Shown here piece after piece: positions 1 to 8,231 of a stretch of 64,000 bases of DNA. Numbering within the stretch: position 1 is the first letter of the stretch; the number at the start of each line of letters is the position of its first letter. Origin of the DNA: Acidilobaceae archaeon (lineage in GTDB: Archaea > Thermoproteota > Thermoprotei_A > Sulfolobales > Acidilobaceae); assembly GCA_038897215.1 (NCBI GenBank), contig JAWAWX010000001.1:1056001-1120000 (forward strand). The letters run 5' to 3'. The translations under genes were made by a program, and so were the position numbers. The notes below the pieces were generated by a model. The model was not told the origin of the DNA, did no database searches, and saw only the letters and a program-made list of their open reading frames with translations.

Positions 1-463
1 TTATTATGAAGAAGCCCTCGAGGTATACGAGGAAGGCTAGGAATCTGCCGAGATACTCGTTTCCTGTCATGCTAGAAAATGTCTCAGCCATGGCGGGGAT
101 ATAGCCCCAGAAGAGGAAGAAGTACGCTAAGCCTACTAGGAGAGCTACATTCATATAAGTGAATACCCTGAGCTGGTCTTGGAGTTCTAGAAGCTGCTGC
201 TGGTCTTGGGTCTGTAGTTCTGTAACGTCTTTCTCCTCGTAGAGCCTCCTACCGGCTAGAATCTCGTCTACACTCCTAGAAGCCTTCTCGAGGGGGCCTT
301 TAACGAGCCTACTTAGCAACATAGAGGAGGCGATAGAGAGCGCTATTATCACCAAGAACGTCCATATACTTATGCCCATTAGCGAAGCTAGGAGCGCGTA
401 GAGTAGTATGAAGAGCTGCCCTGTGAGGATTCTGTAAGCCGTGTTCTCGTAGTAGTACGCCAC
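1..463 (-). CDS. DUF2208-like crenarchaeal membrane protein, 3' end beyond window edge
   Basis: Hand-translated from GTG at 463 (GAGGAG upstream): MAYYYENTAYRILTGQLFILLYALLAS...RRLYEEKDVTELQTQDQQQLLELQDQLR...; TM segments; frame open to position 1; not in ORF track. Confidence 0.7.
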   Translation of the reverse strand, partial: MAYYYENTAYRILTGQLFILLYALLASLMGISIWTFLVIIALSIASSMLLSRLVKGPLEKASRSVDEILAGRRLYEEKDVTELQTQDQQQLLELQDQLRVFTYMNVALLVGLAYFFLFWGYIPAMAETFSSMTGNEYLGRFLAFLVYLEGFFII

Positions 464-506
464 AGCCCTCTCCTCCTCTCAAGAGGCAGTCTCTCGAAGT
501 TTAAGA

Positions 507-761
507 CTACGCTATAGCTTGAGCGCTCTCCCTCTCTCTGATCCTACGCTTAGCCTCAGAGAACCTCCTCCACCCGAGGATCAGCGCTAGCCCCGTGCCC
601 GCTATGAATCCCCCCGCTAGGATAGCTGCTATGGCTAGTGTTAGCTTGACAACTTCTTCTGAGTGCTCGCTGTAGAGTACGAGATAAGAGTAGATGATAG
701 CTAGAGCGAAGCCTGCGACCACTAAAGCTAAGCCTGTGACCCTCAAATCCAAGAAGCTCAC
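507..761 (-). CDS. small two-TM membrane protein
   Basis: Two hydrophobic helices, basic tail; 4-nt overlap with upstream gene. Confidence 0.7.
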   Translation of the reverse strand: MSFLDLRVTGLALVVAGFALAIIYSYLVLYSEHSEEVVKLTLAIAAILAGGFIAGTGLALILGWRRFSEAKRRIRERESAQAIA

Positions 762-961
762 TCTCCCCCGCTCTCCTGCTTGATTGCAAAAACCATCCTC
801 TTACTCTCATAGCTTGGCTTTCTCTCCACTACCTTCCTCCTCACTAAGTCCGCTAGAGCGAGCCTTAGAGCTCTCCTATCTCTCACTAGTCGTAGCGAGT
901 CCTCTATCTCCCGGAAGGTCAGTTCTCTGCCTCTAAGAATACTCTCTATCTCGCTCTCCAT
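758..961 (-). CDS. small winged-helix protein
   Basis: LTFREIED...LRLALADLVRRKVVER wHTH pattern. Confidence 0.7.
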   Translation of the reverse strand: MESEIESILRGRELTFREIEDSLRLVRDRRALRLALADLVRRKVVERKPSYESKRMVFAIKQESGGE

Positions 962-1172
962 ACTTCATCTCTCACCGAGAGACGACTAGCCGCAGGCTTT
1001 CATTTTTAACCTACAGGGTCTCCTCGTAGCGCTCTACTACTCATCGATACCAACCTTAGTCGAGAAGCTCGATTGAGTGAAGTGGTTGTGTTCACTCTCG
1101 AGCACCTAAGGCGCCGTCCTCCTCGGTCTCTCTTGCATCAAAAAGCCTCGGCCTCGAGTTAGGGAGCTCTCT

Positions 1173-1427
1173 ATGAGAGTCAGGCTTAATTTAGAGCATA
1201 TAGCTAGAGAGCTTGCTAGTAGCAAATCCAGATACGTGAGAGTCAAGGATGTGAGCGAGATGCTCGGAGTCTCTACGAAAACCGCTGGAAAGATACTAGT
1301 GAGGCTGGAGAGAGAAGGGTATGTTAAGAGGTACTCTCTACGAGCCTACAAGATCGTGTTTTCTGGAGAGAGAACCGTAGAGATCAAGCCTCCCCTTAGC
1401 TCTGAAGAGCGAGGCTCTCGTTTTTAG
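1173..1427 (+). CDS. small winged-helix DNA-binding protein
   Basis: VKDVSEMLGVSTKTAGKILVRLEREGYV HTH. Confidence 0.8.
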   Translation: MRVRLNLEHIARELASSKSRYVRVKDVSEMLGVSTKTAGKILVRLEREGYVKRYSLRAYKIVFSGERTVEIKPPLSSEERGSRF

Positions 1428-1537
1428 TAGTGGAGCACTAACCCTACTCGAGTAAGCCTCTGAGCTCTCGGGAGCCAAGCTGAGACCGCTAGACACGAAT
1501 ATTAGGTTTCCGAGAGGGGTTGAGATAGGGCGCGCTT

Positions 1538-1816
1538 ATGGCTAGGACGCTGACTTCAGCAAAGCTAGTGCTAGAGGCTTTGGGTTTGAGGCAACTAGAT
1601 GTCTATAGAGTAGTGAGAGACAAGAGGCCTGTAGACTTGGTTAGAGTCATGGACGTATCGAGCGGGAGAGTTGCTCTAGTAGACTTGGGTACTCTGAGAG
1701 AGAGCTTGAGTCTCTCCGAGTACATCGATAGAGTAGTCTCAGAGCTAGCTAGAGCAGGAATCAGGGTCGATGAGAGGAAGCTAGCTGCAGTCAAGGCTAA
1801 GCTCTCGAGAAGCTAG
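1538..1816 (+). CDS. hypothetical protein
   Basis: 92-aa ORF, ATG start, host-like codon usage. Confidence 0.65.
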   Translation: MARTLTSAKLVLEALGLRQLDVYRVVRDKRPVDLVRVMDVSSGRVALVDLGTLRESLSLSEYIDRVVSELARAGIRVDERKLAAVKAKLSRS

Positions 1817-2722
1817 AGATTCAGCTAGCTCTACTGCTGCTCTCCTATCCGGCATAGAGCTACTGCCCTTCAGAGTGACCTTGAGAGAGCCCATGGCTAC
1901 CCCGAGTCTTAGAGCCCACTCTACATCGCTCTCTTCGACCAACCCTACTGTGAACCCTGCGTCGAACGCGTCTCCAGCGCCTGTAGTGTCTACTACTCTA
2001 ACTCGGGGGCTCTCGACTAGGTAGGACTTGCCTCTCGTTAGAGCCACTGCTCCTCTCTCACCCATCTTGACTACAGCAACCTCTGCTCTCGAGCCTCTCT
2101 CTAGGAGTCTACAAGCTCTCTCTAGCTCTGCTGAGCCTAGGAGAGCTTCTAGCTCCTGCCTAGCTACTATAGCTATCTCGACGCTTTTGAGAGCTCTAAA
2201 AACCCCCTCTCTATCCCTCCTGACCTCAGCACCCGGGTCGTAGCTAACCGCTCTCTCAGGGTTCTCAGCCACATAGCCTAAGACTACTCCCGGGCTTACG
2301 CTAGCAAAGTGGAAGTGGTCTCCCGCTCTAGGGATGTGATCGTGAGAGAGATGCGAGGAGACCCCTCTATAGGATATTATCGTTCTCGAGCTATCCTCTC
2401 GAGAGACCACTACAGACGCCACGCTAGGAGGGCCCTCGGATACGATGACGTGAGATACATCGACACCCAGGCTACGTAGAGTCTCGAGGAGCCCGAGCTT
2501 TAGAGCTAGAGAGCTAGCTATAGCTACGAGCGATACCCTATGGCCGAGCTTAGCTACTGCTACAGCATAGTTGGTCGCTGCACCGCCAGGACCTAGCCAG
2601 AGGTCGTCTGCAACTAGCCCCTCTCCAGCTCTCGGGCTTCTCGAGACAAACATAACGATATCGATATTCAGATTCCCCACGGATACAAACGTTTTACTCG
2701 AAGCGCTCAAATCCACACCCAA
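1781..2722 (-). CDS. PfkB/ribokinase-family carbohydrate kinase
   Basis: GGAATNYA and VVDTTGAGDAF signatures. Confidence 0.92.
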   Translation of the reverse strand: MGVDLSASSKTFVSVGNLNIDIVMFVSRSPRAGEGLVADDLWLGPGGAATNYAVAVAKLGHRVSLVAIASSLALKLGLLETLRSLGVDVSHVIVSEGPPSVASVVVSREDSSRTIISYRGVSSHLSHDHIPRAGDHFHFASVSPGVVLGYVAENPERAVSYDPGAEVRRDREGVFRALKSVEIAIVARQELEALLGSAELERACRLLERGSRAEVAVVKMGERGAVALTRGKSYLVESPRVRVVDTTGAGDAFDAGFTVGLVEESDVEWALRLGVAMGSLKVTLKGSSSMPDRRAAVELAESLASRELSLDCS

Positions 2723-2873
2723 GTGCTCCTCACAGAGTCCTCTTTAAAAAGAAATAACGTAATACCCTGTGATCGCTAGTAGCCATAAGTCTCTTTGAGT
2801 TACACACGTCAAGCTTATTAGTCTTGGTTCGACTATAGAATATCTATATGATAGTGAGTCGGGTGAGTAAAAG

Positions 2874-3062
2874 ATGGCAGCGTGCACTCAGGCAGTCAAA
2901 GTAAAGACCCCCAGCGGCCAGGAGGCTACACTAGTCCCCAAGAAGGTCTGGCTACTTCAGCCTAAAGGCGGGAAGGGAGTCAAGATAGGGCTCTTCCAGG
3001 ACCCCGCTACTGGCAAGTTCTTCAGAGCTAAGGTCCCCGCTGAGTACCCCGAGTGCGGCTAA
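2874..3062 (+). CDS. creN7: chromatin protein Cren7
   Basis: [48 protein letters not shown]; GGTGA RBS. Confidence 0.95.
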   Translation: MAACTQAVKVKTPSGQEATLVPKKVWLLQPKGGKGVKIGLFQDPATGKFFRAKVPAEYPECG

Positions 3063-3116
3063 CTAGCTGGCCGCTGGGGGCTTAGAGAGCCCCTCTTCTC
3101 TCTCCTCTTCTCTCCT

Positions 3117-3725
3117 CTACCTCACTAGCCGCTTCTTAGAGAGCTCTCTCACCAACATGATGCGGGAGAGGTCTTCTAGAGCTTCTATCATGTCTAGAGC
3201 CTCGTAGAGGTCTCTCCTACTGTAAGCTACTACCCCGTGTTTCTCCAAGACTGCAGTATTGCACCCAGTCTTCTCTAGCACTGAGGCTACAGCTTCTGCT
3301 AGGTCTCTAGTAGCGGGCTTGATGTAGGGGATTCTGGCTACACAGTTGATAGCGTAGCTAGCTTCACTCAAAGCTTCTAGCTCTATCTCTAAGCCTAGCT
3401 CTGAAACCGCTAGAGTCATTGGGGGGTGTAGGTGAAGCACTGCTCTAGCTTCTCCGACTCTCCTGTAGACCTCTAGATGCAGGCTTAGCTCAGAGGAGGG
3501 AGAGCCCCAGAGGATTCTCCCGTCTAGCGAGACCAGGGATATCGATGTCTCTGTGAGCAGAAACTTCGGAGCGCTCCTGGGGGTTATGTAGACTAAGCCT
3601 AGGCTCTCGTCTAGTATGCTAGCGTTCCCTCCTCTGGCTTGAGTTAGCCCTCTCAGATAAGCTGCTCTCATGACCTCGACTATCTCTCTAGAAGGGCTCC
3701 TGGTAGAGCTCCGTCTATCTATCAG
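3117..3725 (-). CDS. class II aldolase/adducin family protein (start probably upstream of ATG 3671)
   Basis: GGNAS, PSSEL, HLHP, LEKHG motifs; frame open upstream with SPSREIVEVM, CTG at 3725 / ATA at 3722. Confidence 0.85.
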   Translation of the reverse strand: MIDRRSSTRSPSREIVEVMRAAYLRGLTQARGGNASILDESLGLVYITPRSAPKFLLTETSISLVSLDGRILWGSPSSELSLHLEVYRRVGEARAVLHLHPPMTLAVSELGLEIELEALSEASYAINCVARIPYIKPATRDLAEAVASVLEKTGCNTAVLEKHGVVAYSRRDLYEALDMIEALEDLSRIMLVRELSKKRLVR

Positions 3726-4248
3726 ACTCTCCCACCACGTAGTAGTACATAGTGCTCTGCCATCCCGTCTTGAAGCCGAAGATCTTGACGGGCTTCCACC
3801 CGGGGATCTGGAAGTCTAGAGAGATGACGCGAGTCCCTGGCTTGAGTTCCTTAGACAGCTTAGGCTTAAGGGCATCGTTGACGCTAGTGAGTAGATACAT
3901 GTACACTACAGACGCCTCCTCTATAGGAGTCTCGAATATGTCCCCGTTTACTGCCACGAATCTATCCGAGACTTCTTCTAGCTGAGCTCTCCTCATAGCC
4001 TGCTCTAGGAGGTCTCTGCGAGACTCTATGCAAACCCCTCTCCTAACACTCGTTCTCTTCAAAACCTCTATCACAACCCTGCCGTCCCCGCATCCCAGAT
4101 CGTAGAAGACGTCGTCCGAGTTGAACTCCACGAGCTTGAAGAGCATCTCTAATGCTTCACTACGAGTTGGCACGAAGGGGACGAGAGAGCCTCCTAGAGT
4201 CAAAGCGAGCCACCCAAGCCAATCGCTTGTCTCCTCAATACCCCTCAT
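3715..4248 (-). CDS. archaeal protein-lysine methyltransferase (aKMT, Dot1-like); true start may be slightly downstream
   Basis: VPFVPT, FYDLGCGDGR, YLLTSVNDALKPKLSKELKPGTRV match Sulfolobus aKMT pattern. Confidence 0.85.
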   Translation of the reverse strand: MRGIEETSDWLGWLALTLGGSLVPFVPTRSEALEMLFKLVEFNSDDVFYDLGCGDGRVVIEVLKRTSVRRGVCIESRRDLLEQAMRRAQLEEVSDRFVAVNGDIFETPIEEASVVYMYLLTSVNDALKPKLSKELKPGTRVISLDFQIPGWKPVKIFGFKTGWQSTMYYYVVGESDR

Positions 4249-4326
4249 TGCCTCCTAATAGCTACCATACCCTAGAGGCTAATAAATACTCCGAGATGAG
4301 TAGATGCTAGAGTAGGTGACTTAAAG

Positions 4327-4716
4327 CTGGTAGAGTACATTAGCACTCCTCACGCTCCAAGACCAGTAGGCCCCTATAGTCAAGCTGTTAGAGCAGGCTG
4401 CCTCCTATTCGTCTCAGGTCAGCTCCCCATAGACCCCTCCACGGGGGAGCTCATCTCAGGAGACTTCGCTGAAGAGGCTAGGAGAGCTCTCTCAAACGTC
4501 AAATCCATAGTTGAAGCTGCTGGAGCTAGGCTAGATAGAGTAGTCAAGGTCACGGTGTACCTGACAGACCTGAAGCTAGCTGGGGAGTTCAATAGAGTCT
4601 ACGAGGAGTTCTTCGGAGAACACAAGCCCTCGAGGTCTCTAGTCGGGGTCTCGGGCTTGCCTCGAGGAGCGAGAGTAGAGGTGGAGGCCGTAGCCTACCT
4701 CTGCGGGGACTCTTAA
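4327..4716 (+). CDS. ridA: RidA/YjgF enamine-imine deaminase (non-canonical start; missed by ORF track)
   Basis: APRPVGPYSQAV...SGQLPIDP...VVKVTVYLTD...FNRVY...KPSRS...GLPRGARVEVEAVA; TAA overlaps panE ATG. Confidence 0.92.
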   Translation: MVEYISTPHAPRPVGPYSQAVRAGCLLFVSGQLPIDPSTGELISGDFAEEARRALSNVKSIVEAAGARLDRVVKVTVYLTDLKLAGEFNRVYEEFFGEHKPSRSLVGVSGLPRGARVEVEAVAYLCGDS

Positions 4717-5615
4717 TGCACAGAGTCTGCGTGACCGGGCTGGGCGCTGTAGGCAGCCTCCTCGGCTTCTTCGCCTCCAGGGGTCTCGGAGACCCGGTAG
4801 CCGTCATAGTGAGGCGCAGAGAGCAGGCTGAGGTAGTGTCGAGAATGGGGGTCAAGCTAACGGGGCTGATCTCGGGGCGCTACGAGCCCGTAGTCTATGT
4901 CGGAGAGCCCGAAGAATACTGTGAGTACAACATAATAGCCACTAAGGCTTACGACGCGGAGAAGGCTATAGAGGCCACGATCAGCAAGACCGGAGTCTTC
5001 GCCGTAGCCTGTAACGGTCTGGGGCCGCTCGAGGCAGCTGCGAGAACAGGCAAAGGGGCTCTAGGCATAGTGGTAGACTACGGGGTCACCCGCCTGTCAG
5101 ACTGGGAGTTCTCCGTCAGGGGGCTCGGCTGGCTGACCATAGGCCCGCTGAGAGGGTCAGAGGCTAGAGTAGAGCCTCTAGCCGAGGCTCTGGCTAGAGG
5201 AGGGGCTAGAGTGAGAGTAGTCGATGACATAGAGCCTTACAGATGGCTGAAGCTCTCTCTAAACGCTGCAGTAAACCCCCTCACGGCTCTGCTGAGAGCC
5301 CCTAATAGGGTCGTGTTGAGAGAACGCGTCTGGAGCATTGCTAGAGCCGCTTGCGAGGAGGTAGCCGCAGTAGCTAGAGCTCGGGGAGTAGAGCTCCCCG
5401 AAGACCCTCTAGAGTACCTCAGGAGAGTAGCTGAAGCAACGGGGGAGAACAGGTCTTCGATGCTAGCCGACGTGGAGGCATGCCGTAGAACAGAGGTAGA
5501 CTACATAAATGGTGCTGTCGTGAGAGCAGCTGAAGAGCTCGGGCTAAGAGCCCCGGTTAACAGAGTACTCTACGAGCTAGTCAAGGCTCTGGAGGAGGTG
5601 GCTTGTGCCGGGTAA
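4716..5615 (+). CDS. panE: 2-dehydropantoate 2-reductase
   Basis: GLGAVG, KAYD, WLKLSLNAAVNPLTA, NRSSMLAD, TEVDYING. Confidence 0.92.
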   Translation: MHRVCVTGLGAVGSLLGFFASRGLGDPVAVIVRRREQAEVVSRMGVKLTGLISGRYEPVVYVGEPEEYCEYNIIATKAYDAEKAIEATISKTGVFAVACNGLGPLEAAARTGKGALGIVVDYGVTRLSDWEFSVRGLGWLTIGPLRGSEARVEPLAEALARGGARVRVVDDIEPYRWLKLSLNAAVNPLTALLRAPNRVVLRERVWSIARAACEEVAAVARARGVELPEDPLEYLRRVAEATGENRSSMLADVEACRRTEVDYINGAVVRAAEELGLRAPVNRVLYELVKALEEVACAG

Positions 5616-6426
5616 GGTGACTGTTAGAGACATACTCAAGATGAAGGGCTCCAGCAAGATCGTAATGGTGACAGCCTACGACTACCCTACAGCGAGACTC
5701 GTGGACAGAGCTGGGGTAGACGCTATACTAGTGGGTGACAGCATGGCTATGGTCGTCCTAGGCTACCCTACTACTCACGGAGCGACAATGAGAGAGATGC
5801 TTGCTCACACAGCGGCAGTAGCTAGAGCTAAGCCGAGAGCTCTCGTAGTCGGAGACATGCCCTTCGGTAGTTACGAGCCTAGCTCGAGGAAGGCGGTAGA
5901 GTCGGCTATAGCCTTCGCTAGAGCTGGAGCCGAGGCGGTAAAGCTAGAGGGGGGTAGCGAGTACGCGGATAGAGTCAGAGCAATAGTCAGAGCCGGGGTC
6001 CCGGTGATGGGCCACATAGGGCTAACCCCTCAGAGGTACCTTAAGCTAGGAGGCTTCAGGCCTGTGGGTAAGAGAGAAGAAGAGGCTAGAATGCTCCTCA
6101 AAGACGCGGAGGAGCTACAGGAAGCAGGAGCTTTCTCTATAGTGATAGAGTTCACGGCAGCAGAAGTAGCTAGAGAGATAACGAGCAGGCTGAGAATACC
6201 CACTATATGCATAGGCTCAGGACCCTACTGCGACGGGCAGGTGCTAGTGCTCCACGATATAATAGGCCTCTCTGAAACCCCGCCACCCTTCGCTAAAAAG
6301 TACGCTAACGTAGCTGAAGCCATAGTAGAAGCTGTAGCAGCATTCGCTAGAGAAGTGAGAGAAGGAGTTTTCCCAAGCTGGGAGCATACTCCAGTAAGGC
6401 TAGAGAAGCCTAGAGGAGAGTCTTGA
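5605..6426 (+). CDS. panB: 3-methyl-2-oxobutanoate hydroxymethyltransferase
   Basis: TAYD, LVGDS, DMPFGSY, KLEGG, GHIGLTPQ, DGQVLV. Confidence 0.97.
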   Translation: MPGKVTVRDILKMKGSSKIVMVTAYDYPTARLVDRAGVDAILVGDSMAMVVLGYPTTHGATMREMLAHTAAVARAKPRALVVGDMPFGSYEPSSRKAVESAIAFARAGAEAVKLEGGSEYADRVRAIVRAGVPVMGHIGLTPQRYLKLGGFRPVGKREEEARMLLKDAEELQEAGAFSIVIEFTAAEVAREITSRLRIPTICIGSGPYCDGQVLVLHDIIGLSETPPPFAKKYANVAEAIVEAVAAFAREVREGVFPSWEHTPVRLEKPRGES

Positions 6427-6545
6427 AGCTAGAGTAATCGAGCAGAGTTTAAATAACCTCTATCATATCACGCTGTGAGAGATAGTATCAGGAAAAATTA
6501 CCCCTCCGATCTTCTAGTAGAGGAGAGGAAGCTGGAAGACGTCGA

Positions 6546-7940
6546 GTGGTGCTGAAAGTGGTGTTGTATCGAGGAGAGCTCGAAGGCTTAGACCACGAGT
6601 TCAAAGAATTTCTAACACGCAGACTAGACATAGCCTCCTATGTGTCTACTCTCAGGATACTAGACTACCTCCAGTACACAAACCCCCCCTACGTCCAGAG
6701 GAAGATGGCAGTAGACCTGAGCGAGCCTCAGTCAAGGATATCTCAGCTCGTGGACTCTCTAGAGGAGAGAGGAGTTAGGGTTAGGTTAGACTTCTCCCAC
6801 GTGCCTCTAGGACTCAAACTCCTCATAGTCATCGTAGAGGGGGCCAGAGCTCTAACTAACAGACTTCCGCTCGTCGACTGGGTCTCTGTAGCCTACAGGA
6901 TCTCGAGAGGAGTCCTAGCTGTTTACAGAGCACCCGCTGATAAAGCGAGCGAGATTATAGACATTTTGAGAACCCGAACCACCCTAATAGCTATGAGTAA
7001 GAGCTCAGTAAAAGCAGAGTTCTTCGAAGTAGAGGACGGGCTCCTAGCTAGGCCTAGTCTCGAGTACTGGCTCTACAGAGTCTTCGACGAGTACCCAGGC
7101 TTGGAGAAAGTGAATCCAATCAACGCCTTCGACCTGCTAGAAAGGCATCCTCGCAGAATAGACACCTCCAACTCTCTAGACTTAGAGGAGGACATAGCGT
7201 TCTACCCTGGAGAGCCATACATAGGGTTTAGAGACATCTACGACCTCGTGCTACTATCGCACATGGAGCGTTCAATATTCCACATTAAGTCTCACAACAT
7301 AGATGAAATGCTTCTAAGAACCTTCGGCAAGCCCAAGCTACAAACGCTAGCTCACGAGAAACACGTAGCCAGCTTATCGCGCGGAAGCAGAGTAGTGACA
7401 CACGGAACCGACCCCCAGAGAGGGGTCATGAATCTAGTCTGTATAGCTGAGGGCTCTGAGAGAGCTGTTAGAGAGCTCGCGAGAGACTTGAAGAAGCACC
7501 CGTACGCTTACAGTCTAGCCAAGCTGAAGAATGTGGGGCTCTTCTTCACCATGAGCATGCCCGTAGCGTATGTGAATAGGCTAGCTTTAGAGGTAGAGGA
7601 CAGATATGGGGTAGACGTGACGCACATATATCAAGTCTCGATAGAGGATGTTCTGCTGAGGCAGACGATACCGTTCAGAAACTACGACCAAGCGAATAGA
7701 AGATGGTCTTTCGATAACACTGTCGGAACAGTGCTACTAAACTACCTCAGGGGATTCGTATCGACAAAAGAGAAGATCGAGCGGGACGTGAGAGAGTACA
7801 TTGAGATGGCTAAGAGTAGTTACGGAGAAGACAGGGTTTTAGATGCTGTGAGAGAACTGGGGTTCGACTCGATAAACGACCTGATAGATGAGGTTGAGAG
7901 AGCTAAGAGGAAGAGGAGAGAGATGAAGACACAGAGGTAG
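6546..7940 (+). CDS. large putative regulator with N-terminal HTH and tandem Lrp/AsnC-like repeats
   Basis: QRKMAVDLSEPQSRISQLVDSLEERG HTH then VPLGLKLLIVIV; second degenerate repeat ending TIPFRNYD...WSF. Confidence 0.55.
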   Translation: MVLKVVLYRGELEGLDHEFKEFLTRRLDIASYVSTLRILDYLQYTNPPYVQRKMAVDLSEPQSRISQLVDSLEERGVRVRLDFSHVPLGLKLLIVIVEGARALTNRLPLVDWVSVAYRISRGVLAVYRAPADKASEIIDILRTRTTLIAMSKSSVKAEFFEVEDGLLARPSLEYWLYRVFDEYPGLEKVNPINAFDLLERHPRRIDTSNSLDLEEDIAFYPGEPYIGFRDIYDLVLLSHMERSIFHIKSHNIDEMLLRTFGKPKLQTLAHEKHVASLSRGSRVVTHGTDPQRGVMNLVCIAEGSERAVRELARDLKKHPYAYSLAKLKNVGLFFTMSMPVAYVNRLALEVEDRYGVDVTHIYQVSIEDVLLRQTIPFRNYDQANRRWSFDNTVGTVLLNYLRGFVSTKEKIERDVREYIEMAKSSYGEDRVLDAVRELGFDSINDLIDEVERAKRKRREMKTQR

Positions 7941-7988
7941 ACCGTAGTGAACAGAGTATCTCGAGGGATCTCAGAAGAGTCGTCAGAA

Positions 7989-8040
7989 AGCGTCAGCGTG
8001 CCTCGGGTCGCCTTTAAGACCATCGAGCACGGTCATCGCC
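7989..8040 (-). ncRNA. candidate K-turn (C/D-motif) capped hairpin RNA
   Basis: Minus strand GGCG-AUGA-C-CGUGCUCG-AU-GGUC-UUAAAGGC-GACC-CGAG-GCACG-CUGA-CGCU. Confidence 0.4.
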
Positions 8041-8231
8041 GGCATGGCGAGGCCATTCTTTGCTCTGATTTGGCGCTATTCGTGCTTCTGTAGAGTCTAT
8101 TTGGTTGGATTATATGTGTTTTAGTTTATGCTATCTGGTTTTCTATTAGTGTAGTTGTCTTGTATCTTTTAGGAGATTCTTAGTGTTACCGCTTTTTAGG
8201 GTGCTTTTCCCTCGCTTCTCGGGGAGCTTGG

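Noticed and set aside
4576-5561. Partial copies of the origin motif (AGC TGGGGA GTT at about 4578; CCCCG GTTAAC at about 5551)
   Set aside because: One arm mismatched and far from the cluster; compatible with chance.
7989-8040. SECIS element (AUGA...AAA...UGA resemblance)
   Set aside because: No in-frame-UGA selenoprotein candidate on that strand nearby, and the helix geometry differs; kept only as a K-turn RNA candidate.
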